A stretch of DNA of 64,000 bases from Planctomycetota bacterium (GCA_965222115.1 CBDCTJ010000007.1:960001-1024000), one strand, 5' to 3'. Numbered from the stretch's first letter, positions 53,086 to 63,246 are shown. Notes: generated from the letters alone by a model not told the origin. Numbers and translations are program-made.

Positions 53086-54750
53086 TTACGTCGTGGGACT
53101 TAATTCGCTTCCAAGATCGATTGGCCGCGCGATGGGCATGCGCCAACCCACGCCAAAGGCACGTCGCGTCACCTTCAAGCCCGGTGCAAGTTGACGGCGT
53201 TTGTATTCATTGCGATCGATGAGCTTGAGAATGCGAATGACGCGCCCGCGATCGTGGCCCATGGCGATGATCTCTTCGGCGCTCTTGCCCTGTTCGATGC
53301 GCGCCTTGAGTAGAGGATCCAACTCGGCGTAGGGCGGAAGGCTGTCGGAGTCCTGTTGGCCGGGGCGAAGCTCGGCGGAGGGCGGGCGTTCAATAATGCG
53401 CGCGGGCATCACGCCTTCGTCCATGTAGAGCCGCGAAATGTCGTAAACCTCGGTCTTCCACACGTCGGACAGCACCGCGAGGCCGCCGTTCATGTCGCCG
53501 TAAAGCGTGCAGTAGCCCACCGCGACTTCACTCTTGTTGCCCGTCGTGAGCACGAGGTGACCGAACTTGTTGGAGAGCGCCATCAGAATCAGTCCGCGCG
53601 TGCGCGCTTGGATATTCTCCTCGGTCACGTCAAACGGCTTGCCTCCGAAATGTGGCTCAAGCATCTTTAGAAATGTGTCGTAGGCGGGTTCGATGGGAAT
53701 CGTCGAGAAGCGAATGCCCAGGTTGCCAGCGAGCGTTTCGGCATCCGTGCGGCTCATCTCCAAGTTGAACGCGCTGGGCATAGCAATCGCCCACACGTTT
53801 TCTGGTCCTAGGGCTTCGGCAGCCAAGCATGCCGTGAGGGCAGAATCCACACCGCCGGATAGACCCAACAAGACTTGCTTCAGGCCGGTCTTGCTTGAGT
53901 AGTCCGCGATGCCCATGGTGAGCGCACGTCGCACGTCGTGGGCGTCATCCAACTCGGGCAGCGGTTCGAGGGCGTCCGGAAGATTGTTGAGGTCCACCGT
54001 GCCGTCGGCGGATTCGAATCCGGGAAGCCGTAGGCGCTCGTTACCGGCTTGATCGAACACGCGGCTGCGTCCATCAAAGAGCACATCGTCGTTGGCACCC
54101 ACTTGATGAACGCAAACAAGAACGGCACCCATGCGTTTGGCTTCGTTTGCAAAGAGCGCCGTTCGGTGAACGTCTTTGCCGCCATGAAACGGCGACGCCG
54201 AGAGGCCCACCACCACATCGACACCGCGCTCGGCCAACTGGGCGGACGGATCCGCGCCGTAGCGCTCGCGGCCATAGACCAAGTCGCGATGCCATAAGTC
54301 CTCGCATACAAGCAGACCAATGCGACGGCCCTTGTAGGTCACCACGACACTCGATTCGCCGGGTGCGAAGTAGCGCCGCTCGTCAAATACGTCGTAGGTG
54401 GGCAGGAGTTGCTTGGCGTAGGTCGCTTGAATCTTGCCATCGGCCATGAACACGGCCGCATTGCTGAGCGGCGCACCATGCGGTCGGGGATTGCGAGTTA
54501 CGGTCCCGACGATGGCGGCGGGTCCGTTACGAAATGACTCAGCGAGGGAGACCGTTGCCGCTTCGGCGTGGCGCACCACGGCATCGCGCAAGAGCAAGTC
54601 GCGCGGCGGGTATCCGAGCACGGCCAGCTCCGGAAAGCAGACGAGATCGGCGCCGCGCTCCGCTGCGCGCGTCCAGGCCGAGCGAATCAACGCGATATTG
54701 CCGGGAATGTCGCCGGCAATGGGATTGATTTGGGCCAGGGCGATTTTCAA
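53086..54750 (-). CDS. nadE: Glutamine-dependent NAD+ synthetase
   Basis: Nitrilase domain FPEL, KQLLPTYDVFDERRYF, CED; synthetase domain GLSGGVDS, ENIQAR, TGNKSE, PPSAELRP.Q.D.DSL. Confidence 0.96.
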   Translation of the reverse strand: MKIALAQINPIAGDIPGNIALIRSAWTRAAERGADLVCFPELAVLGYPPRDLLLRDAVVRHAEAATVSLAESFRNGPAAIVGTVTRNPRPHGAPLSNAAVFMADGKIQATYAKQLLPTYDVFDERRYFAPGESSVVVTYKGRRIGLLVCEDLWHRDLVYGRERYGADPSAQLAERGVDVVVGLSASPFHGGKDVHRTALFANEAKRMGAVLVCVHQVGANDDVLFDGRSRVFDQAGNERLRLPGFESADGTVDLNNLPDALEPLPELDDAHDVRRALTMGIADYSSKTGLKQVLLGLSGGVDSALTACLAAEALGPENVWAIAMPSAFNLEMSRTDAETLAGNLGIRFSTIPIEPAYDTFLKMLEPHFGGKPFDVTEENIQARTRGLILMALSNKFGHLVLTTGNKSEVAVGYCTLYGDMNGGLAVLSDVWKTEVYDISRLYMDEGVMPARIIERPPSAELRPGQQDSDSLPPYAELDPLLKARIEQGKSAEEIIAMGHDRGRVIRILKLIDRNEYKRRQLAPGLKVTRRAFGVGWRMPIARPIDLGSELSPTT

Positions 54751-54922
54751 TCCGTTTCCTTTCGAGGAGGGCGACCAGCGAAAGTGTAGCCGTGACCGAG
54801 CAGCATGGGCGTTTGGGTTCGATCCGGAGGCGGAAAGTGAGGACGCCGTTGACGATGCCTATGAAATCTGTATAGCTGGGGCTGTGACGGGCGCAACGCG
54901 CGCGTTGCGTGGAGGTTGGTCG

Positions 54923-56002
54923 ATGCCCGCGTGGCCCCTAGACGACATTCCCAATGAAGTCAGCCCCAATGAAGTCAGCATTCCCCATGAAGTCAAGCCC
55001 GTGGGTGAGGTCACTAGGGCCTATCGTGTCGAGTTTGTGACGCTGGACCCCGATGCACGGATACATGCTCTTGCGCATCATGCAATCGCATTGAGCACGA
55101 TGGCTGTAGGAGCCGACGCGAACGTGTTGGTGCCGTTTGAAACTACGGCAGACATGCCAACACGTCCCATGACGTTTGAGCCCGGCGTCGAACCGTTGCC
55201 GCTGTGGATCGTGGATGTTCCCCGTGATGCATTGGGAACTACACGCACCGTGGGGGCCGCAATGGCCGCGTCCAACGTTCCGTCCAACCGGAGTCCGTAT
55301 GGGTTGGGTATTACGGTCGCGGTGCCGATAGAGCTCGTGCCACCTGTCGATGTGCCGCCTACCGATTTTCCGCGAGACGATTTGTCGCAGGAAGATTTGA
55401 ATTCAAGCGGCGTGCCTCCATCCTGCGCGCCCACAGGTCTCTTCGGCGACCCGTTTGCCCTGTTGCGCGCCATATTCGGTTCATCCTCTGATGAATCTAG
55501 CGACGACTCCGGGAAGCAAGACGCACCCGTTGAAAACGAACCGGTCAAAGAGGCGGCGCCGTTCGAAGACGTTCCTGTTGCTGGCGATGAGGACGGTGGC
55601 GAAGACTTTGATTTGTACAAGCCATGGGGCTCGTACAACCCGTGGGATAACAACGACGAGATCTTCGATGAAGATGAATACGACGTCTTTGTTGAGGAGG
55701 GCGACGATAGCGATGCGTACGACGTCTATGTTGATGGCGACGAGGATATCTTTGGTGCGGACAAAGATCTAGACGGCGACGATGATGAAGATGTTGATGG
55801 GGAAGACCATCAAAACGACGAAGATGAAGATATGAGCGATTTTGGCGACGACTACGCGCTGATCGATGATGTGGACGACGAGATTAATGACAATTACGAT
55901 GACCTAGGGGCCGGTATAGGCCATCCCGACACCACGCTGGACGACTACGCCGATCCGGATGAGTCGCCGGACAGCGACTGGGACGCTAGCGAGTACGAAT
56001 AG
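54923..56002 (+). CDS. Hypothetical protein with extremely acidic (Asp-rich) C-terminus
   Basis: ATG at 54923 preceded by GGAGG; D/E-dominated tail; short PNEVS repeats near the N-terminus. Confidence 0.65.
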   Translation: MPAWPLDDIPNEVSPNEVSIPHEVKPVGEVTRAYRVEFVTLDPDARIHALAHHAIALSTMAVGADANVLVPFETTADMPTRPMTFEPGVEPLPLWIVDVPRDALGTTRTVGAAMAASNVPSNRSPYGLGITVAVPIELVPPVDVPPTDFPRDDLSQEDLNSSGVPPSCAPTGLFGDPFALLRAIFGSSSDESSDDSGKQDAPVENEPVKEAAPFEDVPVAGDEDGGEDFDLYKPWGSYNPWDNNDEIFDEDEYDVFVEEGDDSDAYDVYVDGDEDIFGADKDLDGDDDEDVDGEDHQNDEDEDMSDFGDDYALIDDVDDEINDNYDDLGAGIGHPDTTLDDYADPDESPDSDWDASEYE

Positions 56003-56100
56003 GCTCGATTCGAATGGGTATCGCTAGCAATAGGTGAGTGCAGCGAGGGTGGGGCTGGTTTTGCAACAGGCGAGATTGAAGAACCCGTCTTGTGGACTTG

Positions 56101-57360
56101 TTAGTCTTCGTCAGTGTTCTTTGATGTGAGGGACTTACCGTCGACGAGTTGAAGTAAGGCGTCGCCGTAGAGGCGGATGCGTTTGGGGCCAATGTCGGGG
56201 CACGATTCGAGGTCGCCTACGTGCTCGGGGTGTTCATCGAAGAGCCATTGAATGGCTGCGTTGGGGAGAATGACCCGCGGGATGACGCCTCGCTCAGCAC
56301 TCTGTTCCTTGCGCCAATCGCGAAGTCGCTGTTCGAAGTCTTTGAGAAGCTTGCGTTTGACGGGATCTATGGGTGGGCCATCGCGTGGGGCTTTTGCTGG
56401 TGGAATGTCACCAGCGTTGAAGTCTTTCTCCGCATTGCTCAGTACGCGTTCGATTATTTGGCGCCAGCGCGAACGCAGTTTGGGGGAGAGCCCGCGCCGT
56501 ATGGCCTCTGACTTGGACGTGTGATCCACGCCGCGCGCGACGGCAATCATGACCTGCGGTGGAAACACCTTGAACGTGGGACGGTTGCGCCGCTCGGCTT
56601 CGGATTCGCGCCAATGAAAGAGGGCGCGTAGTGCGCAGCGGCCCTTGTCCTTGAGATCGCGTGCGCCTTTGATGCGACGCCAGCCTTCGGGATGCACGGT
56701 AACCACACGATTGACGCGCTGAGCCTGTCGCGCGAACTCAATCTGCGCCTCCTCAACAAGATCAGCATCAACGAGGGCCTGGTCGTAGTGCTCGCGGAGC
56801 GCCGGCAGGTAGATCGTGTCGCGTTGCAGGTAGAGTCGCGCCGCGGGATCCACGGGGCGCGCGGTCCAGTCGGCCTTTTGAAATCGTTTGTCGAGTACGG
56901 CGCCAAAGTGCCGCTCCACCAACGCGGCGAGGCCCACACCCTCTTCGCCCAAGATCGTTGCGGCGAGCATCGTGTCGAAAATTTTGTGAAACGGAAACCC
57001 GTGATCGCGCCGAAGCATGGACACGTCGTAGTCGCCGCCATGAAGAATGATCTCTACGTCGTCGCGATCAAGCGCGTCCGCAAGCGGTGCCAGTGAATCC
57101 AGCGCATCCACATCAATAATGATGTCGGCCTCGGGAATCGTGATTTGGATGATGCAAATGCGATCCCGGTAGGTGTGGAGCGAGCTCCCCTCCGAATCAA
57201 GCGCCACCCGCGACGCGCGACCGATCAACCTCGCGACGTCCTCCATCCCCTTCGCCGAGTCCACCCATCGAGCGCGCCGTCGGGGCGGCGCGGACAAGCG
57301 CGGCGCCGCCTCCGTCGTTCGATCGTCGCGCGGCGGAATGTCAACATCGGGTTCGGGCAT
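56101..57360 (-). CDS. rnd: Ribonuclease D (DEDD 3'-5' exonuclease with HRDC domains)
   Basis: ALDSE, IIQI, ILHGGDYD, FDTMLAA, GLAALV, DWT.RP, and two WRE/WRK HRDC segments. Confidence 0.9.
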   Translation of the reverse strand: MPEPDVDIPPRDDRTTEAAPRLSAPPRRRARWVDSAKGMEDVARLIGRASRVALDSEGSSLHTYRDRICIIQITIPEADIIIDVDALDSLAPLADALDRDDVEIILHGGDYDVSMLRRDHGFPFHKIFDTMLAATILGEEGVGLAALVERHFGAVLDKRFQKADWTARPVDPAARLYLQRDTIYLPALREHYDQALVDADLVEEAQIEFARQAQRVNRVVTVHPEGWRRIKGARDLKDKGRCALRALFHWRESEAERRNRPTFKVFPPQVMIAVARGVDHTSKSEAIRRGLSPKLRSRWRQIIERVLSNAEKDFNAGDIPPAKAPRDGPPIDPVKRKLLKDFEQRLRDWRKEQSAERGVIPRVILPNAAIQWLFDEHPEHVGDLESCPDIGPKRIRLYGDALLQLVDGKSLTSKNTDED

Positions 57361-57469
57361 AGAGCTTCGTATACCACCGCCATGAACCCCGTGCGTCATG
57401 CGCGGGCTGTGTTTGGGGAAGTTGTTGGGGTGATCCGCAACCTTGCGTTCTTTTTGGGGGAATCCTATT

Positions 57470-57757
57470 ACCAGGGTTCGGAAGCCTCACCCTTCGCTAT
57501 CAACTTCCATGCCTTCGGCATGGTCTTGAGTTTCCAATACGTGTGGCGGTTCGAAGAAGAGCCATCCTTCCCGGCGAAGCATGCGTTGATAGTCAGTGCT
57601 CGGCCATGCACGCGTTCTTCGTGTAGACATGCCCTGGTCCCGAAGGGACACACGCTGATAGCCCCGGGGGGCTCGAGTTGAAGTAGATTCGAGAGCGCAG
57701 CGAGATGAAACCCTGGGTCTAAGCATGGAGTAAAGGATTGCGCCCTGCAAGGGTGCG
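57470..57757. repeat. Inverted pair of REP-like units (family 1, copies B and C), REPIN-like
   Basis: ACCAGGGTT...ACCCTTCGCTAT...CATGCCTTCGGCATG (57470-57523, +) faces GGTCCCGAAGGGAC...ATAGCCCCGGGG...AAACCCTGGGT...CGCCCTGCAAGGGTGCG (57636-57757, -). Confidence 0.6.
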
Positions 57758-57828
57758 ATCGGGCCGTCCCATCGCCGCGTTGAAATCTTGTTCCCGTTAC
57801 CAAAACCCACTTCGCGCGTTATAGTGGT

Positions 57829-58344
57829 ATGGACATGACTTCCATGATGACCCGCCGCGATTACGAATTGCTCCCCGAGGGCACGCAAGTCGAACTCTGC
57901 GACGGCGTGCTCGTAAAGCAACCGTCGCCGCGATTCGGCCACCAACGCGTGCAGCGCGAGATTTTGAAGCAGCTTTTCCAGCTTCCAGATCCGCTATTCG
58001 CCGTACCGGGTCCCCTCGACGTACTCATAGACGAGATCAATGTGTTCGTGCCCGACATTGTCGTGCTCGATACAATGCCCAAAGACGATGACCCGTATGT
58101 TGGAGTGCCTATCGCGGTGTTCGAGATCCTCTCGCCATCAACGCGAGAGCGCGATCGAAACTACAAAGCTAGGCGGCTGCTTGGATTGGGCGTCGAGGAG
58201 GTCTGGCTCGTCGATCCCCTTAGCTGCACGATTGATGTGGTCAGCGTGAACGAAGTCCGTGCCTTTGAAGGCGATTCCCCGGCGCGATCCGATGTCATGC
58301 CGGATTTTTCGTTGGTGCCTGCTCAACTCTTCATGACCACGTGA
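57829..58344 (+). CDS. Uma2 family (PD-(D/E)xK) endonuclease-like protein
   Basis: ELCDG...PSP..GHQ, VPDIVV, FEILSPST..RD...K, GVEEVWLVDP. Confidence 0.92.
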   Translation: MDMTSMMTRRDYELLPEGTQVELCDGVLVKQPSPRFGHQRVQREILKQLFQLPDPLFAVPGPLDVLIDEINVFVPDIVVLDTMPKDDDPYVGVPIAVFEILSPSTRERDRNYKARRLLGLGVEEVWLVDPLSCTIDVVSVNEVRAFEGDSPARSDVMPDFSLVPAQLFMTT

Positions 58345-58412
58345 TCGCTAGCAGCCAGGGAAGCAGTCCTTTTCAACGCCAGTAGAAGATCGCGACACGG
58401 TAGACTCAGCTC

Positions 58413-58970
58413 ATGACTGTGTCGGCGTCGATATCCAAGGATGTTCATGTGCAGGGTGGAGACACCGGGGCTCGAGACACCGGGGCTCGAGACACCGGGG
58501 CTCAGGGTGTAGACGTGTTTGAAGTGCCCTTTCGCGTAACGGTGTTCCACAAGATCTGGAGCGTGTTCGCGGTGGTGGGGTTGATCTTCTCCGTTCACGC
58601 TGGATCGGTGCGAACCCATCGTCTCGGGGCGGTCTACTTTTGGGTCGATGCTGTGCTGACGGTGGCCGCGTTTGGGCTTCCTATCATCTATGTAATGCTC
58701 ACCAGGTTGCGCCCGGCTGCGATCGTTACACCCACGGCGATCGGGTACCTGCGAAATGCGTTTTCCGCGCGCGTTTGGATAGCCAAAGAGGACATTGCCC
58801 GCGCCTACTACGACGGCTTTTGGATCTCACTTATTCGCGCCGAGGGCGCCGAGAGCATCGACATTCCGGGCGCCTCTCCCGATTGCCAGCGACTGTTGGA
58901 CGAACTCAACCGAGTGGGCGAGTCGGCCATCGATTTGCGTTCTGTAGCTCCCGAGGGTTGGGCCACATAG
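58413..58970 (+). CDS. Hypothetical two-TM membrane protein (PH-like soluble part possible)
   Basis: Two hydrophobic segments followed by a beta-rich domain; start uncertain. Confidence 0.6.
   Translation: MTVSASISKDVHVQGGDTGARDTGARDTGAQGVDVFEVPFRVTVFHKIWSVFAVVGLIFSVHAGSVRTHRLGAVYFWVDAVLTVAAFGLPIIYVMLTRLRPAAIVTPTAIGYLRNAFSARVWIAKEDIARAYYDGFWISLIRAEGAESIDIPGASPDCQRLLDELNRVGESAIDLRSVAPEGWAT
58459..58503 (+). repeat. 15-bp tandem repeat GAGACACCGGGGCTC x3
   Basis: Three exact adjacent copies, in frame (DTGAR-like units). Confidence 0.9.
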
Positions 58971-59051
58971 CAATTCTGAAATTGTTTCGGCCTGCACGCA
59001 TCTTGAAGCAAGCCGAGCCCCAATTCCGACGGCTCGAGGAGATTTCGACCG

Positions 59052-60044
59052 ATGTACCACTCCGCCAAGTCCCTTCAGCGCGCGTTATCGCTTCTATGCC
59101 TCGCGGGTTTCGTGTTGGGTGCCATCGCCTGTGGCCAGACTCAGACCGCAGAGACCAAAGATGCGCTCATCGGGCATTGGATCGTGGATCCCGATGGCAA
59201 GGAGCACGACATCTTTCCCGTGGAGCTGGAGCTGCGGGACGACGGCAGTGCCAAAGTATTCGAGATTCGGCGAGATGGGACTCGAAACCTTGAGGATCAC
59301 GGCACCTGGAAGCGCAAGGACGGCCGTGACGTGGCGCTGATTGAGCTCGAGAGTGCGTTGAAGGAAAAACAACCGGCAACGTTTACCGCGCGCATAAGTG
59401 AGGGTCGCTTGATTTTTGAAATGAAGCAAGGGGGCCGCGCACAATCGATGCCCCTCGTGCCATTCGTGGACGCAAAGCGCCAGGGGCATGTAGAGCGAAT
59501 GAATGGTGCCAGCAAGTCCGAAGACGCAGCGATTGAGCGCGATGTTGCGGTGTCGATGGACAACATGAAGAATCTGATCACCTTGATGCTTGCGTCTACA
59601 GGAGCTGATGCAAAGAAGTGGCCCCGCTATGCAGGGAAGAACTTCATCCTTTGGCTTGTTGCGAAAGGAGTCATCGACCGGAACAACAAGGGACAACTGG
59701 CCAATCTCTTTAGTCCCGCCGATCCGAGTCGCAGCGCCGACAAGGTGCCCGAGGCGAAGTGGAAGCAAGTTACTGTTCGTGCTCTCAAAGGCGGTGAAGA
59801 CTTCGGTGACCTCACCTCGTACGCCGGGCGCATCAACGACAGGCCGCGCTTCCGCATTACGCCCGCACGAATCAAGGACCGGGCCATCATCTTGGTGGAT
59901 CCTCACTTCGCACCCCATGGCTTCGTTCTGGTAGGTCGCCTCGATGGCAGTGTCGAGAAGATGGCCGTTGAGGTCGAGCCCGGCATTCCATTCTTGGGTG
60001 AGGACGCCGACAACGAAGACCTCGGGGCCATCAGCGATCGGTAG
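59052..60044 (+). CDS. Hypothetical lipoprotein (N-terminal lipocalin-like segment)
   Basis: Lipobox-like AIAC; LIGHW...LELRDDGS...GTWK pattern. Confidence 0.72.
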   Translation: MYHSAKSLQRALSLLCLAGFVLGAIACGQTQTAETKDALIGHWIVDPDGKEHDIFPVELELRDDGSAKVFEIRRDGTRNLEDHGTWKRKDGRDVALIELESALKEKQPATFTARISEGRLIFEMKQGGRAQSMPLVPFVDAKRQGHVERMNGASKSEDAAIERDVAVSMDNMKNLITLMLASTGADAKKWPRYAGKNFILWLVAKGVIDRNNKGQLANLFSPADPSRSADKVPEAKWKQVTVRALKGGEDFGDLTSYAGRINDRPRFRITPARIKDRAIILVDPHFAPHGFVLVGRLDGSVEKMAVEVEPGIPFLGEDADNEDLGAISDR

Positions 60045-60153
60045 TCGCGCGACAGCGACGGTACGCTCGAGAACACCCGACTCCTAGCTGGCCCCATCGC
60101 CTTCCGTGGTGGATCCTGCCACCCGAACGCGTCAACATTCGCTAGGAGTCGTC

Positions 60154-61704
60154 ATGACCAGTCGCCCGGCCTATGCCCCCGAAGCTCTTACGGACTTTTC
60201 AAAGCCTGAGAATGTAAAGGCGCTCAAGGCCGCGATAGACGACGTTACGAGCCAACTAGGCGCCTCGTATCCCAATGTGATTGGCGGCGAGCGATTCAAT
60301 GTCGACACCACATTGGACACCACCAACCCCGCCAATCCTGCCGAGCTGATAGGTACGGTGCCCAATTCAGGTGCCGAGGAAGCGGATCGGGCGATCGCTG
60401 CGGCCACCAAAGCCTTTCCTGCCTGGGCCGCCAAGAGTTTTGAAGAGCGCGCCGAGTACTTGTTCAAGGCCGCTGATATTGTTCGCAAAAACAGGCACAC
60501 CTTTTCTGCTTGGATGGTGAAGGAGTGCGGCAAGAACTTTGTTGAGGCCGACGCCGACACGGCCGAGGCCATCGACTTTCTTGACTACTATGCGCGCGAA
60601 GCGATTCGCTATGGTGCGGGCATGAAGGTCGTGCAGACCGCCGACAAGAACGAGTGCTTCTACATTCCACTAGGTGTTGGCGCGATTATCGCCCCGTGGA
60701 ACTTCCCATTTGCCATTCTCTGCGGCATGACCACAGCGGCGATCGTTGCGGGAAACACGGTCGTGATCAAACCCGCCGAAGATAGCTCGGTGATCGGCTA
60801 CAAGTTTATGGAGCTGATGGAGCAAGTCGGCGTGCCGCCCGGTGTGATCAACTTCCTGACCGGCGATGGTGCCAAGGTGGGCGCGCGCATGGTTGAGCAT
60901 CCCGACACGCGCTTCATTTCGTTTACCGGTTCCAAAGCGGTGGGACTGTTGATTCAGGAAGTGGCCAACAAGCGCGTCGAGGGGCAGCGCTGGATGAAGC
61001 GCGTCGTTGCTGAAATGGGCGGCAAGGACGCCATGATTATCGACGAAGACGCCGATTTGAACGACTCGGCCGATGCGATTGTTGCCGCGGCGTTTGGCTT
61101 CCAGGGACAGAAGTGCAGCGCCTGTTCACGCGCCATTATTCACGAGAGGATTTACGACAAGATGTTGCCGCTGCTCAAGGAGCGCGCCGAAGCACTCAAG
61201 CTCGGCGACCCCGCGGATGTCAACACACCCTATGGCCCCGTAATCAATGAAGAGGCCTATGAGAAGACGCAGCGCTATATCGCGATCGGCAAGAAGGAGG
61301 GCAAGTTGCTCACCGGTGGCTCGTGTCCCGATCGCCCCGGTTGGTTTATCGATCCCACGATCATTTATGACGTGGCGCCGGGCGCGAAACTCGAGCAAGA
61401 GGAAGTCTTTGGCCCGCTGTTGGCCGTCATCAAAGCGCGCGATTGGGATCACGCCATTGAAATCGCCAACGGCACCGACTACGGCTTGACCGGCGGCGTC
61501 ATGTCGAACAATCCCGCCCATCTAGAAGACGCCAAGCGCCGTTTCCATGTGGGCAATCTCTATCTCAACCGCAAATGCACCGGCGCGCTGGTCGGCGCAC
61601 AGCCCTTTGGCGGCTACAAAATGAGCGGCACGTGTTCCAAGGCCGGCGGGCCCGACTATCTCGGGCTCTTTCTCCAGCAAAAGGCGGTTGCTACGCGCGA
61701 ATAG
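60154..61704 (+). CDS. pruA: L-glutamate gamma-semialdehyde (P5C) dehydrogenase
   Basis: EAIDFLDYY, IAPWNFP, FTGS, AEMGGK, AFGFQGQKCSACSR, EEVFGP, GNLYLNR.CTGA.VG.QPFGG; RBS AGGAG. Confidence 0.93.
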   Translation: MTSRPAYAPEALTDFSKPENVKALKAAIDDVTSQLGASYPNVIGGERFNVDTTLDTTNPANPAELIGTVPNSGAEEADRAIAAATKAFPAWAAKSFEERAEYLFKAADIVRKNRHTFSAWMVKECGKNFVEADADTAEAIDFLDYYAREAIRYGAGMKVVQTADKNECFYIPLGVGAIIAPWNFPFAILCGMTTAAIVAGNTVVIKPAEDSSVIGYKFMELMEQVGVPPGVINFLTGDGAKVGARMVEHPDTRFISFTGSKAVGLLIQEVANKRVEGQRWMKRVVAEMGGKDAMIIDEDADLNDSADAIVAAAFGFQGQKCSACSRAIIHERIYDKMLPLLKERAEALKLGDPADVNTPYGPVINEEAYEKTQRYIAIGKKEGKLLTGGSCPDRPGWFIDPTIIYDVAPGAKLEQEEVFGPLLAVIKARDWDHAIEIANGTDYGLTGGVMSNNPAHLEDAKRRFHVGNLYLNRKCTGALVGAQPFGGYKMSGTCSKAGGPDYLGLFLQQKAVATRE

Positions 61705-61859
61705 CGCCGCGCGTTGGCTTCTTGGAGCTTACAGGGGTGGCACAAGCCGGGTAGCGGGCGCGATTGCTTAGTTCCTGTTGCACCGTTCAAGTTCGTATCG
61801 GCTCAGTCGTGCAAGGCCCCCAGCTGCGACGTTTGGAGTCCTATCACATAGGAGATCAA

Positions 61860-62141
61860 ATGAGCGACGCACAAGAACGCGGTATGTGCGGGTGGCTATC
61901 AACGCTATTGCTGGCGCTGATGGTCGCCCTTTTGGCCTATCAGACGTTTCGTCCTGAACCTCAGTGGGTGTATCAGTTCAAGACACTGGGAACATCCGAT
62001 GAATCGGGCAAGACACTTCTCAAGCAAGTTAACGAACTCGCTCAAGTGGGGTGGCGGCTTGATGCGGTTGACTTTGTTGCTTGGGGCACCGATGACGACA
62101 CCCCAACAATCATTCGAGCGGCCCTTAAGCGTAGGCGATAG
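61860..62141 (+). CDS. Small membrane protein, DUF4177-like
   Basis: RBS AGGAG; TM segment then QWVYQ...VNELAQVGWRL...ALKR pattern. Confidence 0.7.
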   Translation: MSDAQERGMCGWLSTLLLALMVALLAYQTFRPEPQWVYQFKTLGTSDESGKTLLKQVNELAQVGWRLDAVDFVAWGTDDDTPTIIRAALKRRR

Positions 62142-62210
62142 TCGGCGTGGATGCCCCGCGCAGCTAGTTCAATCCAAGCTGAGCTCGCACTTCGATAGGA
62201 CATTGAAGTT

Positions 62211-62489
62211 ATGGCCGACTCGCTCTTCACGTTCATCCTGGACTATGATGGTGGAACGTACATCTGCCAGTACGAAGCTGAAGATGAGTTCGCGGTGGCA
62301 AAGATCTATGGGCAGGAGTTGGCCTGCGGACGCGTACTTCCCGAACGTGTGGCCATGCCAGTAGAGTACGTTGAAGGAATTCGTGAAAGCTGCGAAGCCC
62401 CTGTGCCCTTGGATGGCCTTATTGGCGCTTGGTGTATCGAAGCGATGCCTGAGTACACCCTAAATGTTGTCAGGACCGCTCGACCGTAG
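62211..62489 (+). CDS. Small hypothetical protein
   Basis: 92-aa ORF LFTFILDYDGGTYICQ...PVPLDGLIGAWC filling the intergenic space. Confidence 0.65.
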   Translation: MADSLFTFILDYDGGTYICQYEAEDEFAVAKIYGQELACGRVLPERVAMPVEYVEGIRESCEAPVPLDGLIGAWCIEAMPEYTLNVVRTARP

Positions 62490-62494
62490 CGCCG

Positions 62495-63166
62495 CTAGGT
62501 TGACTTCCCTAACCGCGCCTTCTTCTTGGCTTCGACTTCAGCTTCCACGCGGGCCCAGCGGGCGCTTGCGTCGGTGGCGATGGCGAGGTCTTCGGGGGTG
62601 TCGATGTCGAAACACACGTCGGGTTCGTGAATATGGAGACGGACCGTATCAACTTGGTACCGAAGAATGATCTCGCGCGCACCTACGTTGTCGCCGTGGA
62701 GGAAAAAGTCCTCGCGCAGATTGCCTGAGAACACGCCGGGGTGTCCACCGAGGCCCTTGTACGTCGGTATCAGGATCTTGCAGCCGCGGGTGGCGAAGGC
62801 GGCCGCGATGCGATCCACGTATTCGGGATCGACGTAGGGAATGTCGGCCGGCGCAATCATAAAATTGCGTTCGTGCGCCCATGTGCAATTCAACCCGGCG
62901 CGGATAGACGAAATCATGCCGCCCTCGGGATTGGGATTCTCGACGATGTGGATGCGCACATTGCGGTAGGGTTCGAAGCGTTCGCGCGTGCCCTTGGGCA
63001 CGACGAGGATTACGTCCTGCACGCGCTTGGCCTTGCGGTAGGGACGGAGGGCGCGGTAAATGAGCGGACGCCCGCCGACGTCGACGAAGGGTTTGTCGGC
63101 GCCGAGTCGCGAGCCCTCGCCCGCCGCAAGAAGGAGCGCCACCGGATCGGAACCGGGAATCGTCAT
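62495..63166 (-). CDS. MocA/MobA-like nucleotidyltransferase (NTP_transf_3)
   Basis: LLAAGEGSRLGADK, GMISSIRAGL, PADIP, GHP, DIDTPED. Confidence 0.9.
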   Translation of the reverse strand: MTIPGSDPVALLLAAGEGSRLGADKPFVDVGGRPLIYRALRPYRKAKRVQDVILVVPKGTRERFEPYRNVRIHIVENPNPEGGMISSIRAGLNCTWAHERNFMIAPADIPYVDPEYVDRIAAAFATRGCKILIPTYKGLGGHPGVFSGNLREDFFLHGDNVGAREIILRYQVDTVRLHIHEPDVCFDIDTPEDLAIATDASARWARVEAEVEAKKKARLGKST

Positions 63167-63246
63167 GGCGCTACTGTAATCCAAGCACGTCCGACTGCAT
63201 ACTCACGCTACGGCGCTCGTGAGGTGCAGCGTTTGGAGGCAGGTGC

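Noticed and set aside
54434-54922. N-terminal extension of the acidic ORF overlapping nadE
   Set aside because: It is antisense to the nadE 5' end; an SD-linked ATG at 54923 is the better start.
57829-62489. Integron cassette array (several small co-oriented accessory genes)
   Set aside because: No attC-like RYYYAAC...GTTRRRY boundaries, no integrase, and a core gene (pruA) is interspersed.
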